DNA of 64,000 nucleotides from a plasmid: sequence record NZ_CP014527.1; one strand, 5' to 3'. Shown piece by piece: positions 27,277 to 37,461 of this stretch (position 1 is its first letter; each line of letters starts with the position of its first letter). The notes under the pieces were generated by a model. It saw only the letters and a program-made list of their open reading frames with translations, ran no database searches and was not told where the DNA came from. The position numbers and the translations under genes were made by a program.

Positions 27277-29079
27277 TCAGGCAGCCTTGGCTCCAGAGCC
27301 ATGCCACCCCGGCGCTGATGCAAGAGCAGACCAGAGGTTATTGTACAAGCCTCCGCTACCAATCAACTCTGAATGAGACCCACGTTCAACAATGCGCCCA
27401 CGATCCATGACCAAAATCTGGTGAGCATTGCGTATTGTCCACAAACGATGTGCAATAACCAGAACAGTCCGGTTATGCACAAGATCCTCCAGCGCCTCCT
27501 GTATCAGACGCTCGTTCTCAATATCCAGCGCAGACGTTACTTCATCTAGGACAAGAATGGGACTGTCCTGCAGGAAGGCCCGGGCCAAAGCAATACGCTG
27601 CCTCTCCCCCCCGGATAGCGCTGCCCCGGCACCGGCAAGGACCGTATTGTAACCATCAGGCAATCGCGTGATAAAATCATGGCAGCGTGCTGCCCGGGCG
27701 GCCTTGACTACATCATCATCACAGATATCCGCTCGGCCTGCACGAATAGAGTCCGCAACCGTTTCCGTAAACAGGCTTACAGTCTGGGACACAACAGCAA
27801 CAAGGCGATGCAGCTGCTGATCCGGTATTACCGCCAGATCAACACCACCGATCATAATCTGCCCACGAGCAGGCTGATATTGCCGGGATAAAAGCCGGGC
27901 CAAGGTGCTTTTCCCGGAACCCGTCAGGCCAACAATAGCCGTCACCGTATTAGCAGGAATTGTAAAATCAAGATCAACCACATGGCCCACGACATTGGGC
28001 CCAGCCTCATCTACCTTATTAGCATACGAAAAATCAACATTGCGAAAAACGATATCAGTACAATTAATGGGATGGGAATCCCCGGTCACCTCATCCGACG
28101 GCGCATCCAGAATAAGCATGATGCGCTCCATCGCGGCTTCCATCTGGCGGATAAGCGCGGAAAACTCCATGAGATTCGCCAAGGGGCCGAGCAAACGCAG
28201 GGAAACCAAGAAAAAGACAGGCCAGACTGCAAGGTCCAATGTTCCTGCCACCACAAAATAGGCGCCGCCTGCCAGAACCAAAATACAGCCAAGCATCAAG
28301 ACAGATGGGAAGGCAATCATCGGCCGCACAAAGGACCATGTCAAATCTTGTGAACGATCACGAAATGACCCAATAGCTTGATAACAGCGCGTCTCGCTGT
28401 CACTGGCCAACCCAAAGGACTTGATAACGGCAATGCCACGAATAAACTCGATCAGTCGCGCATTCATGGCGGACTGGGCCTGTACGTAACGTTGCGTAGC
28501 CCGGCGCAGGGTATGATGACCAAGAATCAAAACCGGTATAGACAACCCAATGCCTAAGAACAGCGCCATCCCCATTCGGATGTCCAAAAACATCAAGGTA
28601 GAGAGCGCGACAACAGGCAATGTCATAGCAGTGACAAGGCGCGGGATTACAAGCCCGGGAACTTGCTCGATCGTCACCATGTCCTGCATCACGATATGAG
28701 CCAGTTCACCGGAATCATGCTTGTTAAACCATGACAGGGGCAAGGTCGGCAGTTTTTTTGCGATCCGGATACGCAGATCTGCCGTCATGTTCAGGCCTGC
28801 GCCATAACCATACAAGCTCCCAAGATGGGATAACACCCACTGTAGCCCGTAAAGAACTGCCAAAATGGCAGCAACGGACATCACAGCCGGCACAGTATCC
28901 AGTGAATACGGTAACCATGGCACAACACGCTGATCTTGCATCAGGGCCATAACCACCAAGCATGCCAAGCCGACCGGAAGTGCCGCAGCCACACTTTCAA
29001 AGATCTTGAACAGAATGGAACGCACCATCGCGCCTCGCTCCACACCAGAAAGGTTCAGGATACGCAGCAAAACCATCAT
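27277..29079 (-). CDS. Fused permease/ATPase ABC exporter (YbtQ/PchI-like)
   Basis: Six-TM exporter domain followed by an ABC ATPase (Walker A GLTGSGKSTL, signature LSGGERQRIALARA). The track ORF extends to 29172, but the probable start is the ATGATG at 29079, preceded by GGGAGAG and lying 17 nt after the upstream stop. Confidence 0.85.
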   Translation of the reverse strand: MMVLLRILNLSGVERGAMVRSILFKIFESVAAALPVGLACLVVMALMQDQRVVPWLPYSLDTVPAVMSVAAILAVLYGLQWVLSHLGSLYGYGAGLNMTADLRIRIAKKLPTLPLSWFNKHDSGELAHIVMQDMVTIEQVPGLVIPRLVTAMTLPVVALSTLMFLDIRMGMALFLGIGLSIPVLILGHHTLRRATQRYVQAQSAMNARLIEFIRGIAVIKSFGLASDSETRCYQAIGSFRDRSQDLTWSFVRPMIAFPSVLMLGCILVLAGGAYFVVAGTLDLAVWPVFFLVSLRLLGPLANLMEFSALIRQMEAAMERIMLILDAPSDEVTGDSHPINCTDIVFRNVDFSYANKVDEAGPNVVGHVVDLDFTIPANTVTAIVGLTGSGKSTLARLLSRQYQPARGQIMIGGVDLAVIPDQQLHRLVAVVSQTVSLFTETVADSIRAGRADICDDDVVKAARAARCHDFITRLPDGYNTVLAGAGAALSGGERQRIALARAFLQDSPILVLDEVTSALDIENERLIQEALEDLVHNRTVLVIAHRLWTIRNAHQILVMDRGRIVERGSHSELIGSGGLYNNLWSALASAPGWHGSGAKAA

Positions 29080-29096
29080 ACCGGCTCTCCCGTTCC

Positions 29097-30929
29097 TCAT
29101 GATGCAGCCATAGTCCCTGTCGAAATTCCAAGGGACCGCTTGCCATCTATGGGCTGGCATCCAAGTGACCACGACAAATTACGACACTGCAACGCCCAAA
29201 GCCGACTGTAGAGCAAAGAACAACCAAGAAGTTGCTCATGCGTCCCGACAGCATCTAGGCGACCATCGGACAATAAGATAATTTGGTCACAGGCTGACAC
29301 GCTATCCAGCCGATGCGAGACAACCAAAATCGTCTTGCGTCCAGCCAATTGATTTACAGCCTGCTGAATCAGTGCCTCGTGAACCGGATCAACATGGGAT
29401 GTTGCCTCGTCCAAGATCAGGATCGGAGCATCACGCAACAAAGCGCGGGCCAAGGCAAGCCGCTGACGTTCCCCCCCTGACAAAAGAACACCATTTTCAC
29501 CAATAACGGTGTCAAATCCTTCGGGGAGCTGCTCTATGAAGTGCAAGGCATTGGCCGCCCTTGCAGCGGCCAGAATGGCATCATGAGAGGTATTTCTCAT
29601 GCCTACTGCAATGTTGGCGGCAATGGTATCATTGAATAAAAAGACATCTTGGTTGATAAGCCCGACACACAGCGCCAGTTCTTCCGGGGTGAAGGTATCA
29701 AGACCCTGACCTGCCAAAGAAATATGTCCAGATGTCGGCTTAATATGACGAACCAGAAGCCGGACCAGAGATGTCTTTCCGGCACCAGATACACCAACCA
29801 GTGCTGTTGTCTGGTTAACCGGTATCTCAAGACTGATATCACGTAACAGGACCTCAGCTGCTGTCTCAAATCCCACAGCCTCAAGACGGAAGCCGAATGA
29901 AGCAATTGACGAAATATGGTGCGGGCTTCCTATCGTAAGTTCTGGTTCTTTCAAAATCCGGGTAATAGCCTGTTCAGCCTTGCTGACCCGCAGAAAGACC
30001 TCTCCATACAAGACAAGTTTGGTCAGAGGAGCGCTGATGCCGGTTGCGATAAAAACGGCAAGGAGCATCGTTGTCGGCATAACGCCTGCATGCAAAACCA
30101 GCCAAATTCCTATAGGCACAACAAAAAGCAGGGATGCGCCGGTTGCAACAGAGAAAAACGCCCAAGGACCAAGCCACTGCTTCTGCCAAGATATAGCGAA
30201 GTCACGAAAGTCACAGACATGATTGCGAAAAACACAAAAACTCTGCAAGCCCCGCCCCCCCGTTTTCAGGGCATCAATGCCCTGTAGGTATTCAACGGCT
30301 GCCGCATTGATCGTTCCCAGAAGACGAAAATACTGGCTGATCTTGCCGGAGTGCCCCCGCATCATCAGCGCGTTGGCCGTAACTGCCAAGGGAACAATGC
30401 CACATGCCGCAACGGACAAACGCCAATCAATCACTGCCAGAAAGACGAGACCTGACAAGGGGGCCAACAGGGCAGAAACCATATCAGGGAGCTGATGACT
30501 GAGAAAAAGCTCCAGAGCCTCAACATCCTCATTGACCAACCGCTTAAGAGACCCCGCCTGCCTTGACGAGAAGAAATCAAGTGTTAAACAGCCGAACTTG
30601 CGCAACAAGGCATGCCTTATCGTGGCCAACGTATCAAAGGCTGCCGCATGGGCAATACCCGTTGCAAGGCCGGCACACACCGGTTGAAGCACAAGGCAAG
30701 AGACAGCAACCCAAATGCTGATCCAGAAACTAACGACATGACCAGAAGAAAGGGCTTCTACGGAGAGGCATATCAAAAGCAACGGAGCCAAGGAAAGAGC
30801 AACAGAAATTGATGACAGCAGACAGGCAACAACAAAACGCCACCGGAACTGCCCAGTCAGGCGCATCAGCCGGATAAAGCTCTTTATGGCCATAACCAGC
30901 CAACCTCCCGCCAACATAAGAACTAACAC
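29097..30929 (-). CDS. Fused permease/ATPase ABC exporter (YbtP/PchH-like). It is the first gene of the biosynthetic operon.
   Basis: Six-TM domain plus an ABC ATPase (GVSGAGKTSL, LSGGERQRLALARA). 610 aa. Confidence 0.85.
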   Translation of the reverse strand: MLVLMLAGGWLVMAIKSFIRLMRLTGQFRWRFVVACLLSSISVALSLAPLLLICLSVEALSSGHVVSFWISIWVAVSCLVLQPVCAGLATGIAHAAAFDTLATIRHALLRKFGCLTLDFFSSRQAGSLKRLVNEDVEALELFLSHQLPDMVSALLAPLSGLVFLAVIDWRLSVAACGIVPLAVTANALMMRGHSGKISQYFRLLGTINAAAVEYLQGIDALKTGGRGLQSFCVFRNHVCDFRDFAISWQKQWLGPWAFFSVATGASLLFVVPIGIWLVLHAGVMPTTMLLAVFIATGISAPLTKLVLYGEVFLRVSKAEQAITRILKEPELTIGSPHHISSIASFGFRLEAVGFETAAEVLLRDISLEIPVNQTTALVGVSGAGKTSLVRLLVRHIKPTSGHISLAGQGLDTFTPEELALCVGLINQDVFLFNDTIAANIAVGMRNTSHDAILAAARAANALHFIEQLPEGFDTVIGENGVLLSGGERQRLALARALLRDAPILILDEATSHVDPVHEALIQQAVNQLAGRKTILVVSHRLDSVSACDQIILLSDGRLDAVGTHEQLLGCSLLYSRLWALQCRNLSWSLGCQPIDGKRSLGISTGTMAAS

Positions 30930-31103
30930 AGAAGTGTGCAGCTGAAGTTAGGAGCATTCTAGTGCATTCTGAGCGATCAGAATGCGATCAGGACTTTTTC
31001 TCTTCTATAAAGTGCTTGCGCCCTGACCATGTACTCATGGAACAGGGCGCATCACGCAAAAATCACCTACAATAATAAAAAATTATATTCCAAATAATAT
31101 TAA

Positions 31104-31304
31104 TTAATTATCGTTACAAGCTCTCATATTTGTCCTTTCCCATGTTTCCACAACAGAAACAGGGTAAAGAATACGTCCACCAATCTTTACATATGCAGGA
31201 CCAATTCTTTTTGCCCGCCAATTGGCAAGAGTCCCTTTTGCAATAACTCCACCCCACCGAACCAGAAGATCATCAACTGTAAAAAATTCTGAATTCGTCT
31301 GCAT
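31104..31304 (-). CDS. AlpA/Xis-like small DNA-binding protein (phage regulatory or excisionase type)
   Basis: 66 aa. FTVDDLLVRWGGVIAKGTLANWRAKRIGPAYVKIGGRILYPVSVVETWE is a typical AlpA HTH_17 sequence. The gene is embedded in an AT-rich island. Confidence 0.6.
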   Translation of the reverse strand: MQTNSEFFTVDDLLVRWGGVIAKGTLANWRAKRIGPAYVKIGGRILYPVSVVETWERTNMRACNDN

Positions 31305-31746
31305 CTCATATACTCCTCTCCGAGCGACTATTCATTACAGAATGCCGCACAAACCGTAGCGCTTCTCATGATGAATAAATGGAAAACTTAATCAATGTTA
31401 ATAAATAAAAATACAAAATAGGCAACCATCAATACAATTGCAAACCTTCCTCTTAATAAAGACAAGAAATGACTAATTGCAAAGAACAGTCACTCACACT
31501 AATAATGCATGAGACTCATGATAATCAAGAACTTTTTTGAAAAAAGTGAAAAATAAGAAATCATTAACATTAATCAATGATGGTGAATGAAAATTACTTA
31601 CTCGCATTGACTGCTCTATTCATGGTCACTTCATTGCTAGCCCCGCTCCCTCTATAGTAGTCCAGAAATATCACACAATAACAAGAAACTCAGGACCATG
31701 ATTTATTGTATAAAAGTTGCACAGGAAACATAGCCAGCAATCAAGG

Positions 31747-32754
31747 TTATCCGACAGAGCGACTGGCCTCCAAACCAGACACATAGCCATTACCGTCAAG
31801 GGTATGCGTCACGCGTGTTATCAGCCATTCACCATCAAGACTGTCACGAAATCCCCTGATCTTCAGGCGCCCCTCGGCGACCAAGGCACCGTTGCCAGCA
31901 AGGGCAAGAGACAATGTTCCCTGCAGGGAACTGGATTTTTCGTGTTCAGCACGGGCTGCCTGTTCGGCGCTGTGCCTGTCTGGACAGTGGTAACGCAGGC
32001 GCCGTATAGGTTCCCCCTCTCCTATAACCACTTCGTAGTCATCAGCAGCCTCCACATCACGATACAAGGCAATGACAGATCCAGCTTTCTCGCGCTGACT
32101 GAGTGATACACGCCATGACTTCACGTCTTGCAGCTGTACCTCAAGGGTGGGAAGCGGCTGTCCCGTAACGGATATTCCACGTCCACGACGACAAACAATA
32201 AGTGCGCCATCAGCCGGTTTGATGACAAGTCCCGTGTCACGGCCGAGCCGGGTCAGAAGATTGATGTCCGACTCATTGACCTGATCAATATGGGGGACCG
32301 GGACCTCATCAATATCCGGCGCAATGGCAGCGCGCAGACCATGTTCGCCAGCAATTCTCTCGACAAGGGAGCTCAACCCTGTACCCAATGGCCAAGAGCG
32401 TGTCTTCTGGGAATAGAGAGAATGCTTTCCCGTCGGTGTTGCTGTGTGTATCGCGGCTTTGGCCCGGATCAGAAGGCAGCCCGGGGGACCGGAAAGTTCC
32501 ATCTCGTCAACAACAAAAAGCCCCATACGGAATAAAGATCCCGTATATCCAAGCCAGACTTCAAGTTCTGCCCCTGAGGCCGGCAAAAGAATGGGCTGGA
32601 GCGGATCATGATCGGCCAGAACCAGCTCCAGGGTGTCACTCTGGAGTCCCGCCTCATCGGTCAAGGACAAACGGATCAAACGCTGACGAATAAGCGTTGT
32701 AATGTCACTGCGGTTGGCAACAACACGAACATCGGGTCTGTATTTCAGCTCCAC
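31747..32754 (-). CDS. Phage late-control gene D protein (P2 gpD-like tail protein)
   Basis: 335 aa matching the phage_GPD family pattern (LPASGAELEVWLGYTG...GLFVVDEMELSGPPGCLLIRAKAA...SWPLGT...SDINLLTRLGRDTG). Confidence 0.85.
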   Translation of the reverse strand: MELKYRPDVRVVANRSDITTLIRQRLIRLSLTDEAGLQSDTLELVLADHDPLQPILLPASGAELEVWLGYTGSLFRMGLFVVDEMELSGPPGCLLIRAKAAIHTATPTGKHSLYSQKTRSWPLGTGLSSLVERIAGEHGLRAAIAPDIDEVPVPHIDQVNESDINLLTRLGRDTGLVIKPADGALIVCRRGRGISVTGQPLPTLEVQLQDVKSWRVSLSQREKAGSVIALYRDVEAADDYEVVIGEGEPIRRLRYHCPDRHSAEQAARAEHEKSSSLQGTLSLALAGNGALVAEGRLKIRGFRDSLDGEWLITRVTHTLDGNGYVSGLEASRSVG

Positions 32755-32963
32755 AGACGAATGCCTCCTGCAGAGACAGGCTCGCGGATGTCAGGCAGAT
32801 AAACAGTCAGCCCTGCCGGCAAGACTGGACCCCGGTCGGCCAGTCCGGGGTTGGCATCCAGAAGCTGCTCCACACATCGTCCACGACGACGGTCGTAATA
32901 TGTCCAGGCGATCAGATCAACGGTATCACCATCACATGTTTTGTACTGAAGAGTTGTCATCAT
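32745..32963 (-). CDS. Phage tail protein X (P2 gpX-like)
   Basis: MMTTLQYKTCDGDTVDLIAWTYYDRRRG..VEQLLDANPGLADRGPVLPAGLTVYLPDI closely resembles P2 gpX. The start is taken at the internal MMTT. The track ORF extends to 33011. Confidence 0.75.
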   Translation of the reverse strand: MMTTLQYKTCDGDTVDLIAWTYYDRRRGRCVEQLLDANPGLADRGPVLPAGLTVYLPDIREPVSAGGIRLWS

Positions 32964-33402
32964 ATTTCCTGAGCTTGAGACTAAATGTCTGACGGCGCGC
33001 AACACCGGCACGAGTAAACGTGTCTTGCTGCTCTTCGATGTGTTCTATGACCCATTGTCCCAAAATCTGGCCCTGCCCATCCAGCAACAGCTGAGGCTTG
33101 CCTGTGGCCGCCTGTTCGCGCATGGCATCAAGCTGACTGGCCCCGGAAGCATGAGACCTAGCAAGGCCTTCTGCCGAAAAGCCGGTGCCGGGGGTACGGT
33201 GGGATACATGCTTGTGGGTCGGGAAAATCACGCCGTCCAGCGTAAGCGTGTCTTCACCAAGGCCGGCGAACTGCAAGGCCGCCGAACGGCCAATACGATC
33301 CTGGGTAGACCAACGGTATGCAACAGAGCGTCGAAGAGTTTGGTACGCCGCCGTACTGATACTGAATTGATAAGCACCAAGTTGCATCATGACATCAGAC
33401 AT
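32932..33402 (-). CDS. Phage tail protein U (P2 gpU-like)
   Basis: The N-terminus MSDVMMQLGAYQFSISTAAYQTLRRSVAYRWSTQDRIGRSAALQFAGLGEDTLTLDGVIFP matches the gpU pattern. Confidence 0.8.
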   Translation of the reverse strand: MSDVMMQLGAYQFSISTAAYQTLRRSVAYRWSTQDRIGRSAALQFAGLGEDTLTLDGVIFPTHKHVSHRTPGTGFSAEGLARSHASGASQLDAMREQAATGKPQLLLDGQGQILGQWVIEHIEEQQDTFTRAGVARRQTFSLKLRKYDDNSSVQNM

Positions 33403-33404
33403 TC

Positions 33405-35294
33405 TCAGGCCTCGTAAACCAGTGTGCTGTCATACAGCGCACCCCGGCTGCGCTGTTTCTGCCGACGTTCCATTTCATCAACAATATCCTGCGGATTATG
33501 ATGGGGCTGGGCATTGATCGTGATTGTGTTTGCGTTGGTAACATGATGGGTGGTGCTGGTTCTGGATGCGGCTGTTGCAGGAGCGACGCGCCCGATAGCG
33601 GCGACGGAGCGCTCAAGCTCTGCCGACTGGGAAGCCGGAGGCATAGCAGGGATAGAAGAAGGCAGTGGGGTTAGCTGTGAACCCGGTAACGGAGTATCCG
33701 GAAGAGTGGGTGGTACCTGCGTTGCAGTCTCACCAAACCCGAACAGAGTAAACACAGGGGCCAACACATCTGTCAGCCACTTGACCTTTTCCATGACCAG
33801 ACTGCAAATCGCATCCCACGCTGCGGCCGCACCATCGGACAACCCGGACCAGAGATCGGAAAAGAACGCGACGACAGGCTCCCAGTGAGCAATCAGCAAC
33901 CCCGCAGCCAAGGCGATAGCCGTGATAACAAGCCCCACAGGATTGGCCATCATGGCAATGCCAATCGCCCGAATACCCAAGGCCACAATATTCAGAACCG
34001 GGCCAAGCCCCATCAGGGTTGTTCCGATCACGCGCATGATACCCGTCAACACATTGAAGACCGGGCACACAAGGGTGCCAACTGCACGTAGCACCGCGCA
34101 TGCATCCGTAAACAGGCCAACAACCTTGGCCACCTCGCGAATGGTGGCTACCACTTCCATCAATGGACGGATCCAAGGCATCAGCATGGAGCCCAGTGCC
34201 ATGGCAAAAGCGTCAGCTTTGTTGATCAAGCGCTGAAAGCGGTTATCCAGCGTATCGAGATCAGCCCCTTGTAAAGACGCCACAGGGGTGACGGTAGCAA
34301 GCTGCTCTGTGCGGGCCTGGAGTTGACCGGCACCGGCAGAAGAAATCAAGGCCGACCCCGCCTTGAAAGTATCCGGGTCGGTGCCAAAAAGACGCCCGGT
34401 GAGCTGCTCCCGACCTGAGGTATCAAGGCCGGCCATAGCCTGGCCAAGATCGCCAAGCACATCGGGAACAGATCGCATCTGTCCGGACGCATCCCGCAAA
34501 CCGATATCCATTGCCTGCAACAAAGATGCAACATCGGAAGAAGGATCCGCCAGTCCAGAAATAACATGACCAAGAGCCAAGCCGGCTTTTTCGCCCTCCA
34601 GACTCGCTTCGGCCAACACACCTAGCATTGCAGTGACCTGTTCTAGGCTGGCACCGCCGGCAACTGCATCTGGGCCAACGGTTGCCAAGGCCTGGCCCAG
34701 CAAGGGAACAGCACGCGCCGAATCCCCTGCGGTTTGCACCAGCATGGTCGCCATGCGGGTCATGTCTGACGGGTCAACAGGCATACGGTTCTGGATTGTG
34801 GCAGACAGGGCCATTGCATCAGCGGGAACCATATTACCGGCCTGTGCCATCAGCAACGCCCCGGGCAACGAGGCAGCCGCCTGCCCTTCGACCATACCGG
34901 ATTGGCCCGCAGCATGCAGAGCCTGCCCGATCTGGACTGGGGACCACTCCCCGGAGCGGGCTGTATCAATGGCAAGGTCAGAGAGCCGCTGCGCACCCTC
35001 GGGACCTGCCTGCATCAAGCGGCTGGTTTCCTGAATGACTGTATCGAAATCAACGGCCCTTTCGGCCCACGCCGAAGACAGTGAGAAGAATCCGGAGACA
35101 GCATTTTTCATGACGGATGCAACGCCGGAATCCACTGAGGAGCGAGACGCACCGGCAGAGAAACCCGAGGAGGAAGCAGTCCCCCCCTTCACTGCAGTCC
35201 GGATTGATGGTGCCGCTTGGGTCATGAGCGGCACTTGATCCTGTTTTTTTTTAGAGCTTTTGGAAAAACCGGACTTACCCGATTCCGGCGCCAT
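33405..35294 (-). CDS. Phage tail tape-measure protein
   Basis: Roughly 630-676 aa, Ala/Gly-rich and helical, positioned between gpE and gpU. The track ORF extends to 35435. An E' frameshift extension probably covers 35294-35445, so the start is uncertain. Confidence 0.75.
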   Translation of the reverse strand: MAPESGKSGFSKSSKKKQDQVPLMTQAAPSIRTAVKGGTASSSGFSAGASRSSVDSGVASVMKNAVSGFFSLSSAWAERAVDFDTVIQETSRLMQAGPEGAQRLSDLAIDTARSGEWSPVQIGQALHAAGQSGMVEGQAAASLPGALLMAQAGNMVPADAMALSATIQNRMPVDPSDMTRMATMLVQTAGDSARAVPLLGQALATVGPDAVAGGASLEQVTAMLGVLAEASLEGEKAGLALGHVISGLADPSSDVASLLQAMDIGLRDASGQMRSVPDVLGDLGQAMAGLDTSGREQLTGRLFGTDPDTFKAGSALISSAGAGQLQARTEQLATVTPVASLQGADLDTLDNRFQRLINKADAFAMALGSMLMPWIRPLMEVVATIREVAKVVGLFTDACAVLRAVGTLVCPVFNVLTGIMRVIGTTLMGLGPVLNIVALGIRAIGIAMMANPVGLVITAIALAAGLLIAHWEPVVAFFSDLWSGLSDGAAAAWDAICSLVMEKVKWLTDVLAPVFTLFGFGETATQVPPTLPDTPLPGSQLTPLPSSIPAMPPASQSAELERSVAAIGRVAPATAASRTSTTHHVTNANTITINAQPHHNPQDIVDEMERRQKQRSRGALYDSTLVYEA

Positions 35295-35444
35295 ATCAGG
35301 CGTCGATTCTTTATCACGTATCACGTTTTGGCAAACCTTCAATCCACCATAAAAAAGTGCTGGTCGGCATGCTGCCGATTTCAGACCAGGACCACCCGGT
35401 ATGCGAGGCCAGGGCAATAACCCCGGCACGCACATCGACAGCCC

Positions 35445-35696
35445 TTATTCGGTAAAACCCAGAAAAGCCTGCTGCAACTTTTTGTAATCACGCAGAGAAA
35501 GTTGACGAACCATATCCGGGGTGATTTCACACAAATTGGCGATCATGGCGATTTCCTGGCGAGCGGGGCTGCCCTTAACCTCGCTGGCCGCAATCTGGTC
35601 CTGTACCGTAGGTTCACGCATGCGTACGGTCGTAACCTCGGTCCCGTCCACCATCAGCGGACGATCCAGAACAATATCAGTTGTTTCACAAGACAT
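35445..35696 (-). CDS. Phage tail assembly chaperone (P2 gpE-like)
   Basis: 83 aa. VDGTEVTTVRMREPTVQDQIAASEV...IANLCEITPDMVRQLSLRDYKKLQ matches gpE. Confidence 0.65.
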   Translation of the reverse strand: MSCETTDIVLDRPLMVDGTEVTTVRMREPTVQDQIAASEVKGSPARQEIAMIANLCEITPDMVRQLSLRDYKKLQQAFLGFTE

Positions 35697-35776
35697 AGTA
35701 TTTTACCAAAATTGGGAGAAAAGACGACCGGGGGCCGGGAAAACATAGGCGTCCCGACCCATCGGCCGGAACACTG

Positions 35777-36283
35777 TCAGATCGACAAGGCTTGGCGTAC
35801 GCCCTCTAGGCGATCCTCGCCGTTGACCTTGCGGATCATGTTGATGACATCAATCTCATGAACCGCCTGACCACCATGTTCTTCACGGTAGTAATCCAGC
35901 CGCATGGTGATTTTCAGCTCTGCTTTCTGTCCCGGCGTCCAGGCGCCACGGCTGATCTTGGTGATCTTGCCGCGCATGTGGTGCACAACCGGCGTAACCG
36001 TGCCGTCCCAGGATTCCAGAGCACCGCGTACGGTCAACGGCACACTTTTTCCCTCGGCAACGCCGAACAGGGCCAGCACATCGCGGTCGTAGCTGATCAG
36101 GCTGAAGCTGGTTTCCAGGGGTTCCATGCCCATGTCCAGCGTTACTGGCACATCCATGCCACCAGCCCGGAAATCCTCGGTGACCAAGGTCAGTTCCGGC
36201 GCGTTGTATTCGCTGATCTGTCCGGCATAGCCGCGCCCGTCAACGAACAGGTTGATATTTTTCAGAACGTCGCGCGCGGCCAT
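35777..36283 (-). CDS. Phage major tail tube protein (P2 gpFII-like)
   Basis: LKNINLFVDGRGYAGQISEYNAPELTLVTEDFRAGGMDVPVTLDMGMEPLETSF matches the tail_tube family. Confidence 0.85.
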   Translation of the reverse strand: MAARDVLKNINLFVDGRGYAGQISEYNAPELTLVTEDFRAGGMDVPVTLDMGMEPLETSFSLISYDRDVLALFGVAEGKSVPLTVRGALESWDGTVTPVVHHMRGKITKISRGAWTPGQKAELKITMRLDYYREEHGGQAVHEIDVINMIRKVNGEDRLEGVRQALSI

Positions 36284-37461
36284 CAGTGAAAGGCCTCCTT
36301 GATGTAATCATTGACCAGATGGGAGCGGAACGTAATGTGCTCCGCCGGATAGGGAGGGGTGAAATCGAAGTTGAAGTAGATTTTGCCCTGGGTGATGTTG
36401 GCCGGGGTATTCAGGTCCGGATCAGCCCAGCATCGTCCACCCAGAACGGCACCCAGATTGGTCAGGGTACGCAGGTAGGCATTGACGCCTTCGGTGACAT
36501 CCTGGACATAGGTTTTGGTGATATTCCGGTCCACAGCCCACATGTGGGCACGCTGCAGACTTTCGTTGATCAGGTCGGCAGTGCGGCGCACCGACAGGAA
36601 CGCCCACTTGGGGTCAGCCGACAGGGAGCGGTTGCCCCACAGGCGGTATCCATCCTGACAGATGATGGTGGCAATGCCCTTTTCATTCAGCAGGTTAGCG
36701 CGGCTGGCGGTATCCCCCAGCTTGAAATCAACCGGGCGGGCCGTGCCGACAATGCCATTGACCGGCTGGTTGGACGGCGACCACCAGAAACCACGGTCGT
36801 TGTCGCCGCGGGCGATGATACCAGCTACACGTGCAGATGCTGGACGCACGGCAACCGCGCCGGACTGGTCCAGAACCTTGACCCACGGGTCGATCATATA
36901 GACCCGGGTCCCGGCATTCTGTTGCGCATAGGCCTGGGCAGCCTCGTCAGTGGTATTGGGGCCATCGGCCACCACAATAGCCCGCAGACGGTCGGCAATG
37001 CCTTTCAATTCGGCCACAACCGGGTTGGCCTGTCCTTCTTCAGCCTGGTGGGTGAAACCGGGAGCACACAGGATGCGTGGCGCAAAACCCACCACCGATT
37101 CCGCTCCCAGCAGCGCATGCACGCCACGGAACTGACCACTGGCCGCATCAACACCGCCCACCACATTGGCAAGCGTTTCGGCGTCGGATTTGCCCTTGTC
37201 AACCCGGATCACCACCACCACAGCGCCGATCTGGTCAAAGATACCGTCCAGGGCATCGGGCAAAGACCCGTCGCGGCCGAGTTTTGCGGCCTCGGTGCGG
37301 CTGCCGGTAACCAGAACCGGGGTATTCAGCGGAAAACGATCCGCATCCGCCCCCGGTGCCGTCCCCACAACCCCGATCACCGAAGATCGGACGGTCCGCA
37401 CCGGGCGTGGTCCGGCATCAATTTCCAGAACCTCGACACCATGAAGAAATGTTTCAGTCAT
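36283..37461 (-). CDS. Phage tail sheath protein (P2 gpFI-like)
   Basis: Sheath family sequence from MTETFLHGVEVLEIDAGPRPV onward. The true ATG is at 37461, whereas the track ORF begins at 37521 with a spurious 20-aa extension. The start abuts the IS element. Confidence 0.9.
   Translation of the reverse strand: MTETFLHGVEVLEIDAGPRPVRTVRSSVIGVVGTAPGADADRFPLNTPVLVTGSRTEAAKLGRDGSLPDALDGIFDQIGAVVVVIRVDKGKSDAETLANVVGGVDAASGQFRGVHALLGAESVVGFAPRILCAPGFTHQAEEGQANPVVAELKGIADRLRAIVVADGPNTTDEAAQAYAQQNAGTRVYMIDPWVKVLDQSGAVAVRPASARVAGIIARGDNDRGFWWSPSNQPVNGIVGTARPVDFKLGDTASRANLLNEKGIATIICQDGYRLWGNRSLSADPKWAFLSVRRTADLINESLQRAHMWAVDRNITKTYVQDVTEGVNAYLRTLTNLGAVLGGRCWADPDLNTPANITQGKIYFNFDFTPPYPAEHITFRSHLVNDYIKEAFH

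Noticed and set aside
31021-31053. GC-rich hairpin GCGCCCTG-N17-CAGGGCGC as an intrinsic terminator for the AlpA-like gene
   Set aside because: There is no U-tract on either strand after the stem, so it is not called as a terminator.
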